A stretch of 44,280 nucleotides of DNA from Cladosporium halotolerans. Taxonomy: Eukaryota. The stretch covers positions 1 to 44,280 of the forward strand of contig NW_027191519.1 in assembly GCF_011745625.1 (NCBI RefSeq). Reading direction: 5' to 3'. Shown in pieces: positions 31,332 through 43,367 of this stretch (position 1 is its first letter; each line of letters begins with the position of its first letter). The notes below the pieces were generated by a model, which did no database searches, was not told the DNA's origin, and saw only the letters and a list, made by a program, of their open reading frames with translations. Position numbers and translations under genes: made by a program.

Positions 31332-33469
31332 GAAGCTTTCCAATTGTGGGGCACATCCAGCCGTCGGGCACACCCCCGCTTCCATGAACTACACACTTCA
31401 ACACGCGATTCCTCAGCGACCATGGCACCAATTCATGAGGCGATTGCATTCCTGCAAAGCTCTCGTAAGCCAAATATATCAGAAGCAGCTAGGAAGTTCA
31501 AATGTGAGAGGTCCACCCTCAGCAAGCATTTCCACGGAAAGAGAGGCTCTATTGCCCAGGCTAACGAGACAAAGCAACTACTGACCGACAAACAAGAATT
31601 AGTACTTGTCAATCACATACAGAGGCTGTAAGACTGATGCTTGCCACCTACACCAGCAATGGTAGCCACCTGGGCCAAGGAAATTTGCGGTCATCAGCCC
31701 AACAAGAACTGGTCGGCAGGCTTCAAAGCTAGACACAGTAATATCTTGGATTGCAAATATCTCAACACTATCGACCTTGCAAGGCACAAAGCTGACTCTG
31801 CGGCCTCGTATCGCCAGTAATTCACCATTCTAAGGCAGATGATGGACCAGTACAGCATACAGCCTCAGAACTGCTACAATATGGACGAGAAAGGCTTCCT
31901 CATTGGTCACCTCGAGAAAGTCAAAAGGGTTTTTCCCAAAGCCCTTATGCAGCAGCAAAGACTCTTGGGCACAGGGCAGGATGGTTCTAGAGAATGGATC
32001 ACACTTATTGCAACAATCTGTGCAGATGGAAGCTCACTACCACCAGCTTTGATTTACAAGGCGGTCAGCGGTGACCTTCAAGACTCGTGGCTTCAGTATC
32101 ATGATCCACAGGAGCATCCATGTTGGTTTGCAAGCTCACCCAACGGATGGATAAGTGATGAGCTTGGCCTTAGCTGGTTGCAAAGTCTGTTCCACAAGCA
32201 GACTATTAGCAAGGCCGGGAGAGACTGGAGACTTCTTATCCTCGATGGCCATGGCTCTCATTGTACGCTAAGCTTCTTAGAATGGTGGCCGGAGTAACAA
32301 AATGTTAGTGGCAGTCTTTCCTCTTCATTCAACACACAGGTTACAGCCATTGGACGTCAGCCTCTTCGGATCTTTGGCTACATACTACAGTCAGTCACTG
32401 GATGCTCATTCTAGGCTGTCTCAAGGCCTCGCTAGTGTCACCAAGCGAGATTTCTTCAAGGAGTTCTACTCAGCCTTTGACAGCGCCTTTACAGAAGCCA
32501 ACATAAGGTCTGGATGGCTGAAGACCGGCATCGAACCTGTCAATCCGGACCAGGTACTCAAGATCTTCGATGAGAAGGGAGGGGATAATCCTGGAGCCCT
32601 TGGAGCCGAATCGGTACCATCGAGGCACTCAAGCAGCTGTTTGGACACGCCATCGGCTCAGAGGACCATCAGAAAGATTGTCAACGAGGCAGTAGCCGAG
32701 AGGGATGCTAAGACTGAGAAAATCATCAGAAAACTGGGTGGAGCATATATCACCTTGTCTGCCAAGCTCAGGCTAGCGGAAGATCGTGAGAAAGGCTACG
32801 TCGAAGCTCTCGATGACGGGAAGAAGAAAAAAGCGCGGGCGGCCTTTCACTGTAGAGCTTAGAGCGGAAGAAGGTGTCGGCGTTCTGTTCTTCAGTCCTT
32901 CCAAAGTTCAGAAAGCTAGAGAGCTTCAGGACGCCAAGGAGGCTGCCAAAGAGCGTGAGGCTCTAGAAGAAATCTCTAAAGCTAAAGCTAGAGCTGCTTC
33001 TAAAGCGCAGAAGAAGTTGGAAGCTCAACGGAAGCGTGAGTATCGAGCTGCACGTGCTGAAGCAAGGAAGGCCGAGGATGCTCTCAAGAAGGCTCGGAGA
33101 GAGCAAGCCAGGGAAGCCAAGAAGGCTCAAAAGCAGTTTCGGATAGAGTGAATGGCACAGCGAATGAGGCCAAGAGGTAGGCCGCCCAAGCAAACGTTGT
33201 CTAGTAAGGCTGCTTCGACAATAATCGAGCCGATCGAGGAAATGATACCAGTTCCGCCAAAGTCGAGGCGTGGACGTGTCATCAAGAGAACGGCTCGCTT
33301 TGATGAGAAGTGAACAGATAGACGTTGGAATGAGCCCTTGCTCTGTCGGCCCATTGATTTTCAGCCCTGTTGTCAAGATTTGACAGCGATCGAGATTGTG
33401 AAACTGATGTTGTTCATTGAAGCGGGGGTGTGCCCGACGGCTGCATCTGCCCCACAATTGGAAAGCTTC
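31332..33469 (+). mobile_element. Fot1/pogo DNA transposon, copy 3 (transposase pseudogene 31422-33313)
   Basis: 58-bp TIRs (GAAGCTTTCCAATTGTGGGGCA..., 3 mismatches). TA at 31330-31331 and 33470-33471. Length 2138 bp. MAPIHEAIAFL start and DDE motifs, with stops at 31629, 31636 and 31818 and frameshifts. Confidence 0.95.
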
Positions 33470-33838
33470 TACGTGGGGGTCCAGGCTGGTTTGTTTCCCC
33501 ACGAGGATCAATGAGGTGGACAAAAGAGTGCAGGCGTCTGCCGCTGGAAGTAGCCAGCGCGTTACACTGGGGAAGACAGCAGTATGCCGGGCGCATCGAG
33601 CCTAAAAGTCACGGCGGCTTGGCGAGGCTGGATGCCTCGAGATAACTTGACCAAAAACCGCATCTCAACCACACGGACGCTACATCGGCCTTGCTTGGCG
33701 AGCTCCGATGTAACATCCGTGCACTCAACCGTACTTCCTTCGCACTCAAATCGTTTGATCCGATTGGAAGACTTGTTCAATTATTGAAGAAAAAGCTGTT
33801 TATCACGTAAAAACTGTGCCTGTTAGGCATACCTGTCA

Positions 33839-35362
33839 ATGGCCGCCGTTGTGCGCCCGCCGTCCCAGCCGGGCGAGGACGCGTCGCCCGCGTTGACGCG
33901 TCCAAGCCGACAACGCGTCCAAGCTGACAACGCGTCTCACGCACCGAAGTCGACTATCGAAAACTGCACTGAGGAGTTTCGACGAGAGAGAGCTCTGTCT
34001 CAAGCGTCTGGAAAGAGCAGCGAAACGTCAGAGTCTCGGCTGGACACCGTCTTGAGGGCCATCGCGGGTGTGCGCGAGTCTGTTGACGAGCGCTTCGCGC
34101 TCATGCAGGAGGCCATCACCGAGAGATCGGACATCGAACAAATCAAGGAGACCGTATCGGATGAGCTGAATACCATTGTGCAAAAGCGACTGAAGATAAC
34201 CGTGCAACGTACGATCGTCGACGCCACTCGGGAAGAGGTCACAAAGACGGTGCAGCAACAGGTGAGTGAGGTAGTGTGCCAGGAGGTTAAGAGTGTCATA
34301 CAGCATGAGGTCACGAACATCGTGACCGAGAAAGTCGCTGCCACCATTCAGCAGCAAATCACCAGCGTGATCAAACAGCAGGTTACTAGAATTGTTCAGC
34401 AGCAAGTCACTAGTATTGTTCAGCAGCAGGTCACCAGTACAGTGCGGCAGCAAGTCACCCGTATAGTACAACAGCAGGTCAGTCTATCGTCCAGGAACAG
34501 GTTTCAGCCATCATTGAAAAGCAGCTATCCAGCATTCAACTTTCCAGCCCAAACCCGTCGTATGCCGATGTTGCGCGCACCCCACCGAACAGTCACCCAA
34601 GTAACTTGGAAGACGCTCTCCAACCAGACGACCCCGTCGACCTTGACCGACACACTGTACTGCACGGTGGACGTATCCAGCGTGGAAGAAGGGGAGAGGG
34701 GCAGGGCGAGTGCAAGCACAATCAGACAGGAGATCGAGGAAGGAATGAGGAATGGAGAAGGGGGAAGTGGCTGGCGGTGCGTGGCGGTGACGAGGGACCC
34801 TCGCAACACTGGCCGGATCCGAATAACCTGTCGGGACGAAGACGAGCTGGCTTGCGTCAAGGCGGTGGCAGAGAGGACGAAAGCGATTGGGTCTCGCGTG
34901 TTGCGCGACCAATGGTACCAGGTCAAGATGGACAACGCGTGCAGGACGGCGGTGCTGGACAAGAATGGTGAATTGCGCGCAGGTGCGACAGAAATGATCG
35001 AGAAGGAGAATGACGTGAAGATCGACAAAATGTCATGGCTTATCCGGAAGGACTCACCGAAGGCATACGGGTCTATGGTCGTGTATATGACGAAGCGCAC
35101 CGACGCAGCGAGGCTCTTGGAAGGCAAGTAATTCGACGTGGACGGGGAGTCAGCTTTCACCCGAGTGTTCGAGCCGAGGCTTGGACCGATGTAGTGTTTC
35201 AGGTTTCTAGGACTTAGAGACGAGGCTTTTCCTGCACGAAAGCGCAAGTGTGTGGAAGGTGTGCTCAGCCAGGACACCGTCACAGCGAATGGCAAGTAAT
35301 CAGCCCCAGGTGTGCAGTATGCAGCCGACCGCACGAGTCGATCAGTCGCCATTGTGAAGCAG
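33839..35362 (+). pseudogene. LINE ORF1 (gag-like nucleic-acid-binding protein)
   Basis: 8-residue IVQQQVTS repeats, SYADVARTPP (shifted frame), WRCVAVTRDPRN, KAYGSMVVY, and degenerate zinc knuckles CGRCAQPGH and CAVCSRPH. Stops at 35129 and 35191. Confidence 0.8.
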
Positions 35363-38186
35363 ATGCGGATTTTACAACTGAATGTGCAGAAACAGCGAAG
35401 TGTGCAGCACAGTATGATGAACGACGTGACATTGAAAGATCACGCGGCTGTGGTAGTCAGCGAGCCGTATGTCGTTGAGATGAAAGGGAAGATACTGACG
35501 AGTCCGAGGGAACACCAGGGGTGGACGGCCATTCTTTCGAGCGAAAGACACGACGGTAGGTGGGCGATGCGAAGTATGCTTTGGGTGCGCATGGACATCG
35601 AATACGAACAAGTGAGGGTGCTATCGGCAGATCTGACTGTGGTTGTACTCCGACTACCGGATAGATCGGTACTCCTGGCATCGGTATATGTAGAAGGTGG
35701 CAATTTTGCGGCACTCGAAGTAACGATAGACTTACTAAGGCGTTACAAAATGTTCGACGCCGTAGTGGTCCACACTTGGATATCATTGTCGCCGGCGACT
35801 TCAACCGCCACGGCCAGCTGTGGGGTGGAGATGGAGTACTGCCGTACCGACAGGGAGAGGCGGATCCTATCATTGACTTCATGAGTGAGTGGAGCTTTGG
35901 GAGCCTGCTGCCTCGCGGGATCAAGACCTGGTAGAACAGAAGGCACGCTTTCACGGTCGACTTGATGTTGGCGTCGGCGGAGTTGGCGTCGAGTGTTTTG
36001 ACGTGCAAGATTTACGACACGGGGCATGGGTCGGACCACCGCGCGATCGAGACGTCGTTCGACGTTGAGCTTCCAGATCACATCACTCAACCTCGGTTGC
36101 TCTTCAAGAATGCTCCCTGGAACGCGATTCGAGAGCGTGTCGCCCAGGGGTTGGGAGATCGACCTCCATGCGGCGATGTCCAACTGCAAACCGACCGTCT
36201 GATACAGGTGGTCATGGAAGAGGTCAACGCGCTAACACTAAAGGCCAAGGCATCCCCGTATGCGAAGCGATGATGGACCCAGGATCTCATCAAGCTCTGC
36301 CAAGTCTACACCTGCTGGAGGACCAGGGCTCGAGCGCAGCGACGAGGCGGCGAAGCACTTCCTGCTTTAGAGCAACAAGCTCAAGCAGCGGCTAAGGAGT
36401 ATCACGACGCCATACGTAAGCAATAAAGACTGCAATGGGATGAGTTCTTGGCCGAAGATCCGAACATCTGGAAGGCGACCTGCTACCTTAAGCCCGACGA
36501 AGACTCTGCGTGGTCAAGGATTCCGCCATTGCAAAAAGCAGATGGGTCACTAACGCAGTCCACGGCGGAGCAGGCCGAGCAGCTGCTCGCGACCTTCTTC
36601 CCAGCGCTGCCCGAGAACATAGAAAATGAGACACAGACGCGATAAAGGCAAGCCGTGGACATGCCGAAGTTAATAGCGGAAGAGATCGAGTCTTGTCTGA
36701 TGAAGACACAGCCGTGGAAAGCGGCGGGTGAAGACGGGCTTCCCGCCGGAGTGTGGAGGTAAGTATGGCCGGCAGTCAAAGAAAGTGTCCGCTACCTTTT
36801 CCAAGCTTCCCCTGCCACGGCAGTGGAGGATTGCAAAGATCATCCCACTGAAGAAGCCTAACAAGGATAATTACACCCAAGCGAAGGCCTGGAGACCAAT
36901 CTCACTCCTATTAACTGTGGGCAAGCTGCTAGAAGCTGTTATCGCGGAAAGGATATCTTTTGCTGTCGAGACTCATGGACTGCTGCCCACTAACCACTTT
37001 GGCGCACGGAAACAGCGATCTGCCGAACAGGCCTTGTTGCTCCTTCAAGAACACATCTACGCCGCGTGGCGGGGCAAGAATGTACTGAGCCTTCTGAGTT
37101 TTGATGTCAAGGGGGCGTACAACGGGGTGTGTAAAGACAGTCTGCTGCAACGACTGGTGGCTAGAGGCATCCCTCCAGATGTAGTGAACTGGGTCGACTC
37201 TTTCTGCTCCGAGCGTACAGCCACCATTGTGGTGAATGGTCGGACGTCCGAGTTGAGCGGACTGGAGCAGGCTGGATTGCCGCAAGGTTCTCCCTTGTCA
37301 CCAATCCTGGTTCTCTTCTTTAACGCAGATCTTGTGCAAGCCCAGCGTCCATCCTCCATCATCATTGGTCAGGTGGCGAGTGTGCAAGAGTTTCAAGTCA
37401 CTCATGCAAAAGATCGCCGAGAGCGTTCAAGCTGCACCCGTGAAGGAGCTAGAAGGGCAATTCAACTCTATGTTTCTGCTCCGTGGGATGCGAGACTCAA
37501 TGTGATGGACAGCGCGGACAACGGCGTGCAAGCAGCCGCACAAGCTCAACAGGCAAAAGGCATTCGCAGTACCACCAGCGCGTCGGCCAGAAACCAGATG
37601 GTTGGCATCCGCGGCGCTATCGAGGGTGGCGGCCGGATAAGCGTTGACATCGAGCAGCGAGAGTACGACAGAACTCTAGGTAGCTCTGAGCAGGTGAACG
37701 CACACACAGCCGTGCTAGCTTCAATCGCTTTGGCAGCTGGTATAATCGCCCGAGCGGTAGACATGGGGGAACTGTCGCCGGGAGCGGATGGCGGGGTCAT
37801 TCACGTGTTCACGAATGATCGAACCATTCTAGCCACACTCCGATCGCCCAATAGACGTTCCGGACAAGCTATCGTCGACAAGATCCTGGAACGCGTGAAT
37901 CATCTGAAGGAATTTGGTAGCCGCGTGATCTTCGCGTGGGCTCCGGTGAACTCGATATTCGGGTTAGGACAGCAAGCGAAGCGATTGGCTCAACAGTCCA
38001 CCGGAGAGGGATGAAGAGTACAAGGCAAGGTCAGACTGACTAAGAATATGGTTCGGAAGGCGCAAGAACGCCTGATTCGATCAACTCTGTTGGTGTCGGC
38101 AATATCTGGCAGAATGGTGCGTAAGATCGATGCTGCCTGGCCTGGCAGGTCACACCAGGTGCGTTTACGACAGCCTCAGCAACAGG
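35363..38186 (+). pseudogene. LINE ORF2 (APE endonuclease, reverse transcriptase, RNase H-like), catalytic RT core deleted
   Basis: MRILQLNVQK, SEPY, AGDFNRH, GSDHRAI, WRPISLL, HFGARK, FDVKGAYN, GLPQGSPLSP and FFNADLVQ, then a jump to post-RT sequence; FAWAP motif. Confidence 0.88.
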
Positions 38187-38602
38187 TGCTAATTCGAGGG
38201 TGTTGAGATATCTGGAATCAAGCTCAGCGCTGTGTCTGGCCACGAATCTGGATGACCAGTTCTTCGAAGGCCTTCTACCACACAGCTCGTGTGCTATATT
38301 TGCCACGATACACGGCGTGGGTGGGAGGCAGTGGTCACAAAGCCTGGCTATGTGTTTGATGAGCTCTTTCCCATGGTGTGAATTGAGCAATCGCTGGACG
38401 TGGTAGCCATGGGCCTTTGAGGTGGTTTTGAGGTGGAATCTTCTGCTGAGCGATGATCTGTCGACATTATGGACTCTTGCGGTCTGGGATATATTTGGAG
38501 AATCCGAAGATCGCAGCTCTGCAAAGTGCTGCGTCCATAGCCTTGGTGGTAGTAGATTTATCGCGCATTCAATGAACCGTGTTCTCGACGCGTCGCGTGC
38601 AC
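38187..38602 (-). mobile_element. Truncated 5' fragment of a pogo element (copy 5)
   Basis: ATG at 38538 (MDAAL, frameshifted), then ELRSSDSPNISQTARVHNVDRSSLSRRF...CLPPTP...SKNWSSRF...RYLNTLELA. Abuts the LINE at ~38186 without a TIR. Only the inner part of the 5' TIR remains. Confidence 0.85.
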
Positions 38603-40720
38603 AGACACACTGCGTGCACAGCGCTTCAACAGCGTAAACGTGGTCTTGAAAGACGTACGACTCATAACACAACACTCTGCGCTGGCCGAGAAATGATTCA
38701 CGTTGTAGCCCAAGGCTGACAGTAATGTATGACTTCCAGATTAAATATCAAATCGCGCCGACCGTCTCGAGCTTCGACCGCTTCTTGTAACTCGCTGTTT
38801 CACCGGCGCCTCGACTACAACTTCGATTCGGGTTCCTTCAGACCTATGAGCGTCTGATTACTTCTTCGGCCGTCCTCTTGACTTCCCACTCAAGCATCTC
38901 AATTTGGTTTCACGCTGCCGTCTGGCGTCCTGGGCTTCTTTCACTCTTGTCTTTGCAGCCCTCTTTTCTTCTGCCGCCTTCTTCCGGGCCGCGGATGCCC
39001 TCGCTCTTTCTGCACGCTTCTCCCGAACCTCCTCTTCCTTCTGAGCTTTCGCGCGGGCTCTTTCACGAGCTCTGGGCTCTCTTTCTCGCGATAGCTGCTC
39101 CTTCTCGCGTGCTCTACCCTCCTGGATGTCTCGAGCCTTCTGGACTCGAGTCGGGCTCAAGATGAGCGCGCCTGAGCCTTCGGAGGCTCTCAGCTCTTCG
39201 ACAACTTTCTTCGGTCTTTTCCTCCTCTTCTTCTCATGCCTAAGGGCGGCATCAAGCTGCTTGGTACGCAGTTCAGAGAGCGTCAGTCTAGCAGAAAGAC
39301 CGAGGACGGTGTCGCCGAGCTTTCGAAGCGTTTTCTGCGTTTTCTTGTCGCTCCTGGCCGCAGTAGCGTTCAGAACAGTCCTGAGCCTCTTCGGCTTTGA
39401 CGGTGAGCTGAAGACACTTCCTGCACTATCGCTAGATGGCCTCTCGGCTCGTTGAGACGGTCGCGATTCGTCTTCTGCTTTAGAAAACACGTCGAGCACC
39501 TTCGACGGATTGAAGGGCATGAGGCCCGTCTTCGACCACGCAGAGGAGATGCTCTTCTATCTGAAAGCGTCCTCAAAGGCTGGCCAAAAGAGCGAAAAGA
39601 AGTCTCGCTTGCTGATCGATGTGCGCCCCTCCGACTGTCTAACGAGGTCGTCGAGCGCTTGGCTGTAATAATGAGCCAAGGGTGCAAACACGCTCACATC
39701 CAGAGGCTGCAATCTATGCGTTGAGTGAGGTGGCAATACGAAAACCAAAATTATGTGGTTCTCACATCAGTTCAGAAACTTCATGTTGAGATGGGAGCCG
39801 TGACCGTCAACAACAAGGAGCCGCAGGACCTCTTCGCTTTGGTAGCAGTCTCCTTCTCGAATAGTCCAGTCAACCAGCTGTAACCAAGCTCGTCGCCTGT
39901 CCATCCGTTCTGTGATGATGTAAAGTAGCAGGCTTGCTCGGAAGGCTCGAATTCATCGAGCCAAGTGTCTTGCAAATTGCCGGAAACGGCTTTGTAGATC
40001 AGAGTTGGCAGTAACCTTGTGCCATCTGCACATATAGTCGCAACAAGAGTGATCCACTCACGGCTCCCATCTTGGCCAGCCCCTACCAGTTTGCCATGCT
40101 TCTGCGAGTCTTTCGCGAAAAGCCTCTGGGTTTTTTGAAGCCTACCGAGGAGAAAGCCTTTCTCGTCCATGTTGTACATGTTCTCGGGCAGTATGTTGTA
40201 TTCATCCAGCTTCTCGCCTAGACTTACGAAATATTGCTCATAGCTAGCTCTTGAATCAGCCTTGTGGCGTGACAGGTCAATGGCGTTGAGAAATCTGGCG
40301 TCAAGCTCGTCCTTGTGCCTGGCGACGAAACGAGACGACCAGTTTTTTGAAGGCCTCGTGCCACATAGTTCCGAGGCAATGTTCGAAACAATTTTGGGAG
40401 TCGGTGGGAAGCATCGCTCGCAGAGCTTCTTGATATGCTTTACAAGCTCTTTCTCTTGTGCGTTATTCAGTAATCTTTTAGACTCGTGATGTTGGGCAAA
40501 ATCTGTGGTCATCAGGCGGAAGCGTCTGCTAAGCGTTGATCTGTTCACGCCATGCATTCTTGCTACCATAGATATATTTGGCAATTCGCATAAACCCAGC
40601 CCCGCAAGCGCCGCGTCCATGACAGCAAAGTCCGTACAGATATCGCGTGGTAAACAAAGCGTGTCATGACCGCGTCGCGCGTGCACGCAGTGTGTCTGTG
40701 CACGCAGTGGGGAAAGCTTC
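38595..40720 (-). mobile_element. Fot1/pogo DNA transposon, copy 4 (transposase pseudogene 40620-38741)
   Basis: 5' TIR GAAGCTTTCCCCACTGCGTGCACAGACACACTGCGTGCAC ends at 40720, with TA at 40721-40722. The 3' TIR lacks its outer 15 bp. YNMDEKGF and HRLQPLD motifs present; frameshifts near 39820 and 39555. Confidence 0.92.
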
Positions 40721-41001
40721 TACCCTTCGCTCGTTCATAGTCTGTGGATCGAATACTTTAACAAGCCATTCGAGGCTATTTTGGAGTCAGTACACCCAGA
40801 TTCGAAGCATGCGTAAAGCCATCCTGAAGTGGGGTGCGTGTTTCAGTTGCTTCTATGAGTCGCTGATGATGATGAACTTTATTCCGCCCGGCGCTAAGCA
40901 CCTAAAGGGCAACACACTATTTACATCCCAAAGTCTACATCCACCTCGAAGAGGTTGAAACAAACAAAGCTCCCAGGCTCATTGTCCTTCACTCTGAAGT
41001 C

Positions 41002-43331
41002 AATCTAACAATATGTATTTCTCTCACTCTCGAATGCTCGTGGTTGTTGGTCGGCCGGTATTCTTGAAGCTGTGTTTCCAAGTGTTCATCGTCCTATCTC
41101 CAGCAGATGAAGCGGGTGCCTGCCGTGTGCACGAGGGTGCGTGATTGGTGTGCGGGATTAATGGTTAGTAGGGTACGGGTTTTAGGGTCGTCGCTGATAA
41201 TCCTCTACCTCGTCGTTCGCCCTCGCACGCTGGTGTCTCGTTCGAATCGTTTAGTAGCCAAGGTGAAATGGATCACGGCTCGCACTGCATCCATGTCCGG
41301 TGCCCAGTCGTCGGTATCTGTCGAGACACTACCTCCGAGCAGACGCGAGAGGTCCTCATCGCCTGTCAATACGCCCAAAATCTGCCGTTGTTCGCTCCAC
41401 CTGACACAATGAAAGATGAAATGTTCTCTCGACTCGACTGCCTCACCGCATTCACAGAAATTCGTTTCTACTGCTTTGATGTTGTGCAAGTACATGTTCA
41501 GTGGTGTCATCCCTGTGCGGAGCTGCGCGAGGACACTCGCCTGTCTTTTGCTGAGCTCGTCGTACATGCGCCGAGTGTGGTTGCCAGGCCACGCAGCGTC
41601 GATTCTGCGCACTGCTTCCCCGAATGTCGTCGGCATCTGCGCAGTCGCTTGCGCCAGGCGTTGTTGGGCTTTTAGAACGATCCGCTTGGTCAGTCTGGGT
41701 CGTTCACTGGCCACTCGCCCTTCGTCGGTGGATCGCTGCGCGAGCTGTTTCGCTCTTTGCCCGAGCTCGAAGATAGAACTAACTGGGGCCCACGCAAATA
41801 CTACGCGGATGGCGAATCCTTTCAAGAATTCTACATGTTTCAGAATCCCACCGATGATCCATTGTCTGCTCCGTTTGGGGGAAGCTCTTAACGTGATTAG
41901 GACAGTACGGTTGTTGGTGAACACGCGCACGGTGTGGCCGTGTACTCGCGCCGATAAAGTCCCCGCGTACACCGCGCCGACAACAAAACCAAGACCTGCC
42001 TCGATCGAGGCCAGAGCGGCTGTGTAGGCATCGCTCTGCCCGATAGTGCCTAATGTCTTGTCGTACTCGTGTCGCGCGGTGTGGTTTCTGATCCGATCTA
42101 TGCTCTCGATCGCGCCACCGATACCGACCAGCTGGTTCCTGGCCGACGCGCTGGTGGCGATGCGGATACCATGCGTCTCTTGAGCCCGTGCGGCCGACTG
42201 CAGGCCGTCGTCTGTGCCGTTCACTGTGTCGGGTCGCGCGTCCCATGGAGCAGATATATAAGGTTGTGTCGCCTCCAAGTCATCTAAAGGTGCACCCTGG
42301 CCGTACTCTGCAATCTTCTGCATAGGTGACACGAACCTTTTGCACGCCGGACGTCTAGCTATCAGCGCGAGAGGGTGCGTGCCCGGCATGCTGCGGAGGT
42401 CGACCCACATCTTCAGAGCTTTTCGCTTATGCCGTTCCTCTATCGTGGGCAGATTTGCTTCCGCCTCTGCCACCGCTGTGCCAACTGTCTGGAAGCATCC
42501 GACCACAGCCTGTCCGCCAATCCTCTGCACTCGCTTGAGCACCCTCTCTGCGCTAGCCCTTCTGGCGTGCATCCACACCGAGGATGCGTAGTCGACCACA
42601 GGAGCCACTGTCGCGTTGAACAGCTTTCGCGCCACTGACGGCGAGAGTCCTCGCAGCCGCTTCAGCGCCATGGCTGCCTGCAGTCCCTTCGTCGCAGCGC
42701 GGGCGGCGTGTTCTTGGTAGCGCAGTCGTGAGTCCATCACCAAGCCCAGGATCTTGACGCTGGGCGTGGGCCGTATCTCCTCCCCTTTGACGGTGATCGG
42801 TTCTTCTGCGGACTGATGAGTGTTGTTCCTCGTGAAGTGGATCAAGGCGGTCTTGTCCCCTTCGAACGACGACCCGCTCCTGCTCTCCCACTCGGTCGCT
42901 CGTTGTACGATACCCTGGAGCCGATCCATGTTCTCTGCGGCACTCTTGCCCACCACCCACGCAGTGTAATCGTCGACAAAGGCGATCGCCCCACCATTCT
43001 GGTCGATTCGTTGCTGAACGAGGTCTGCGTTGAAGAAGAGAAACAAGACCGGAGACAAGGGGGAGCCTTGTGGCAGCCCAGCTTGTTCGAGTGCTCTCAC
43101 ACCCGATGCCTGGCCGTTGACCACGATCGTGGCCGTGCGTTCGGAGCAGAAGGCGTCGATCCACTTCACCAGGTCTGAGGGGATGCCCCTGGCCTGGAGC
43201 CGCTGCAGCAGTCTGTCTTTGTAGACCCCGTTGTACGCCCCTTTCACATCGAAACTGACCAGGCTCACCACTCTCTTGTTCCGCCAAGCTGTGTAAATGT
43301 GCTCCTGGAGGAGCAGCAGTGCCTGCTCCGT
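41002..43331 (-). mobile_element. 5'-truncated Tad1-clade LINE, copy 2
   Basis: Open RT to RNase H-like to CCHC frame, 3' UTR ending AAATACATATTGTTAGATTGA at ~41000, and a possible degenerate TSD (CTTCACTCTGAAGTC at 40987-41001 vs CTCTCTCTCTGAGTC at 43332-43346). Confidence 0.85.
41205..43331 (-). pseudogene. LINE ORF2 C-terminal ~700 codons (RT, RNase H-like, CCHC), lacking N-terminus
   Basis: TEQALLLL, FDVKGAYN, GLPQGSPLSP, FVDDY, VKILG, DYASSVW, FAWAP, QLRTG and CECG...HFIFHC. The frame is uninterrupted but starts mid-RT. Confidence 0.88.
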
Positions 43332-43367
43332 CTCTCTCTCTGAGTCGCGGCTGGCCAGATGACCATA

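Larger units (their letters stand above)
33472..38186 (+). mobile_element. Tad1-clade LINE retrotransposon, copy 1 (decayed, internal and 3' deletions; 5' boundary uncertain)
   Basis: ORF1 gag-like with CCHC knuckles, then ORF2 with APE endonuclease, RT and RNase H-like segments. Many stops and frameshifts. Confidence 0.88.
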
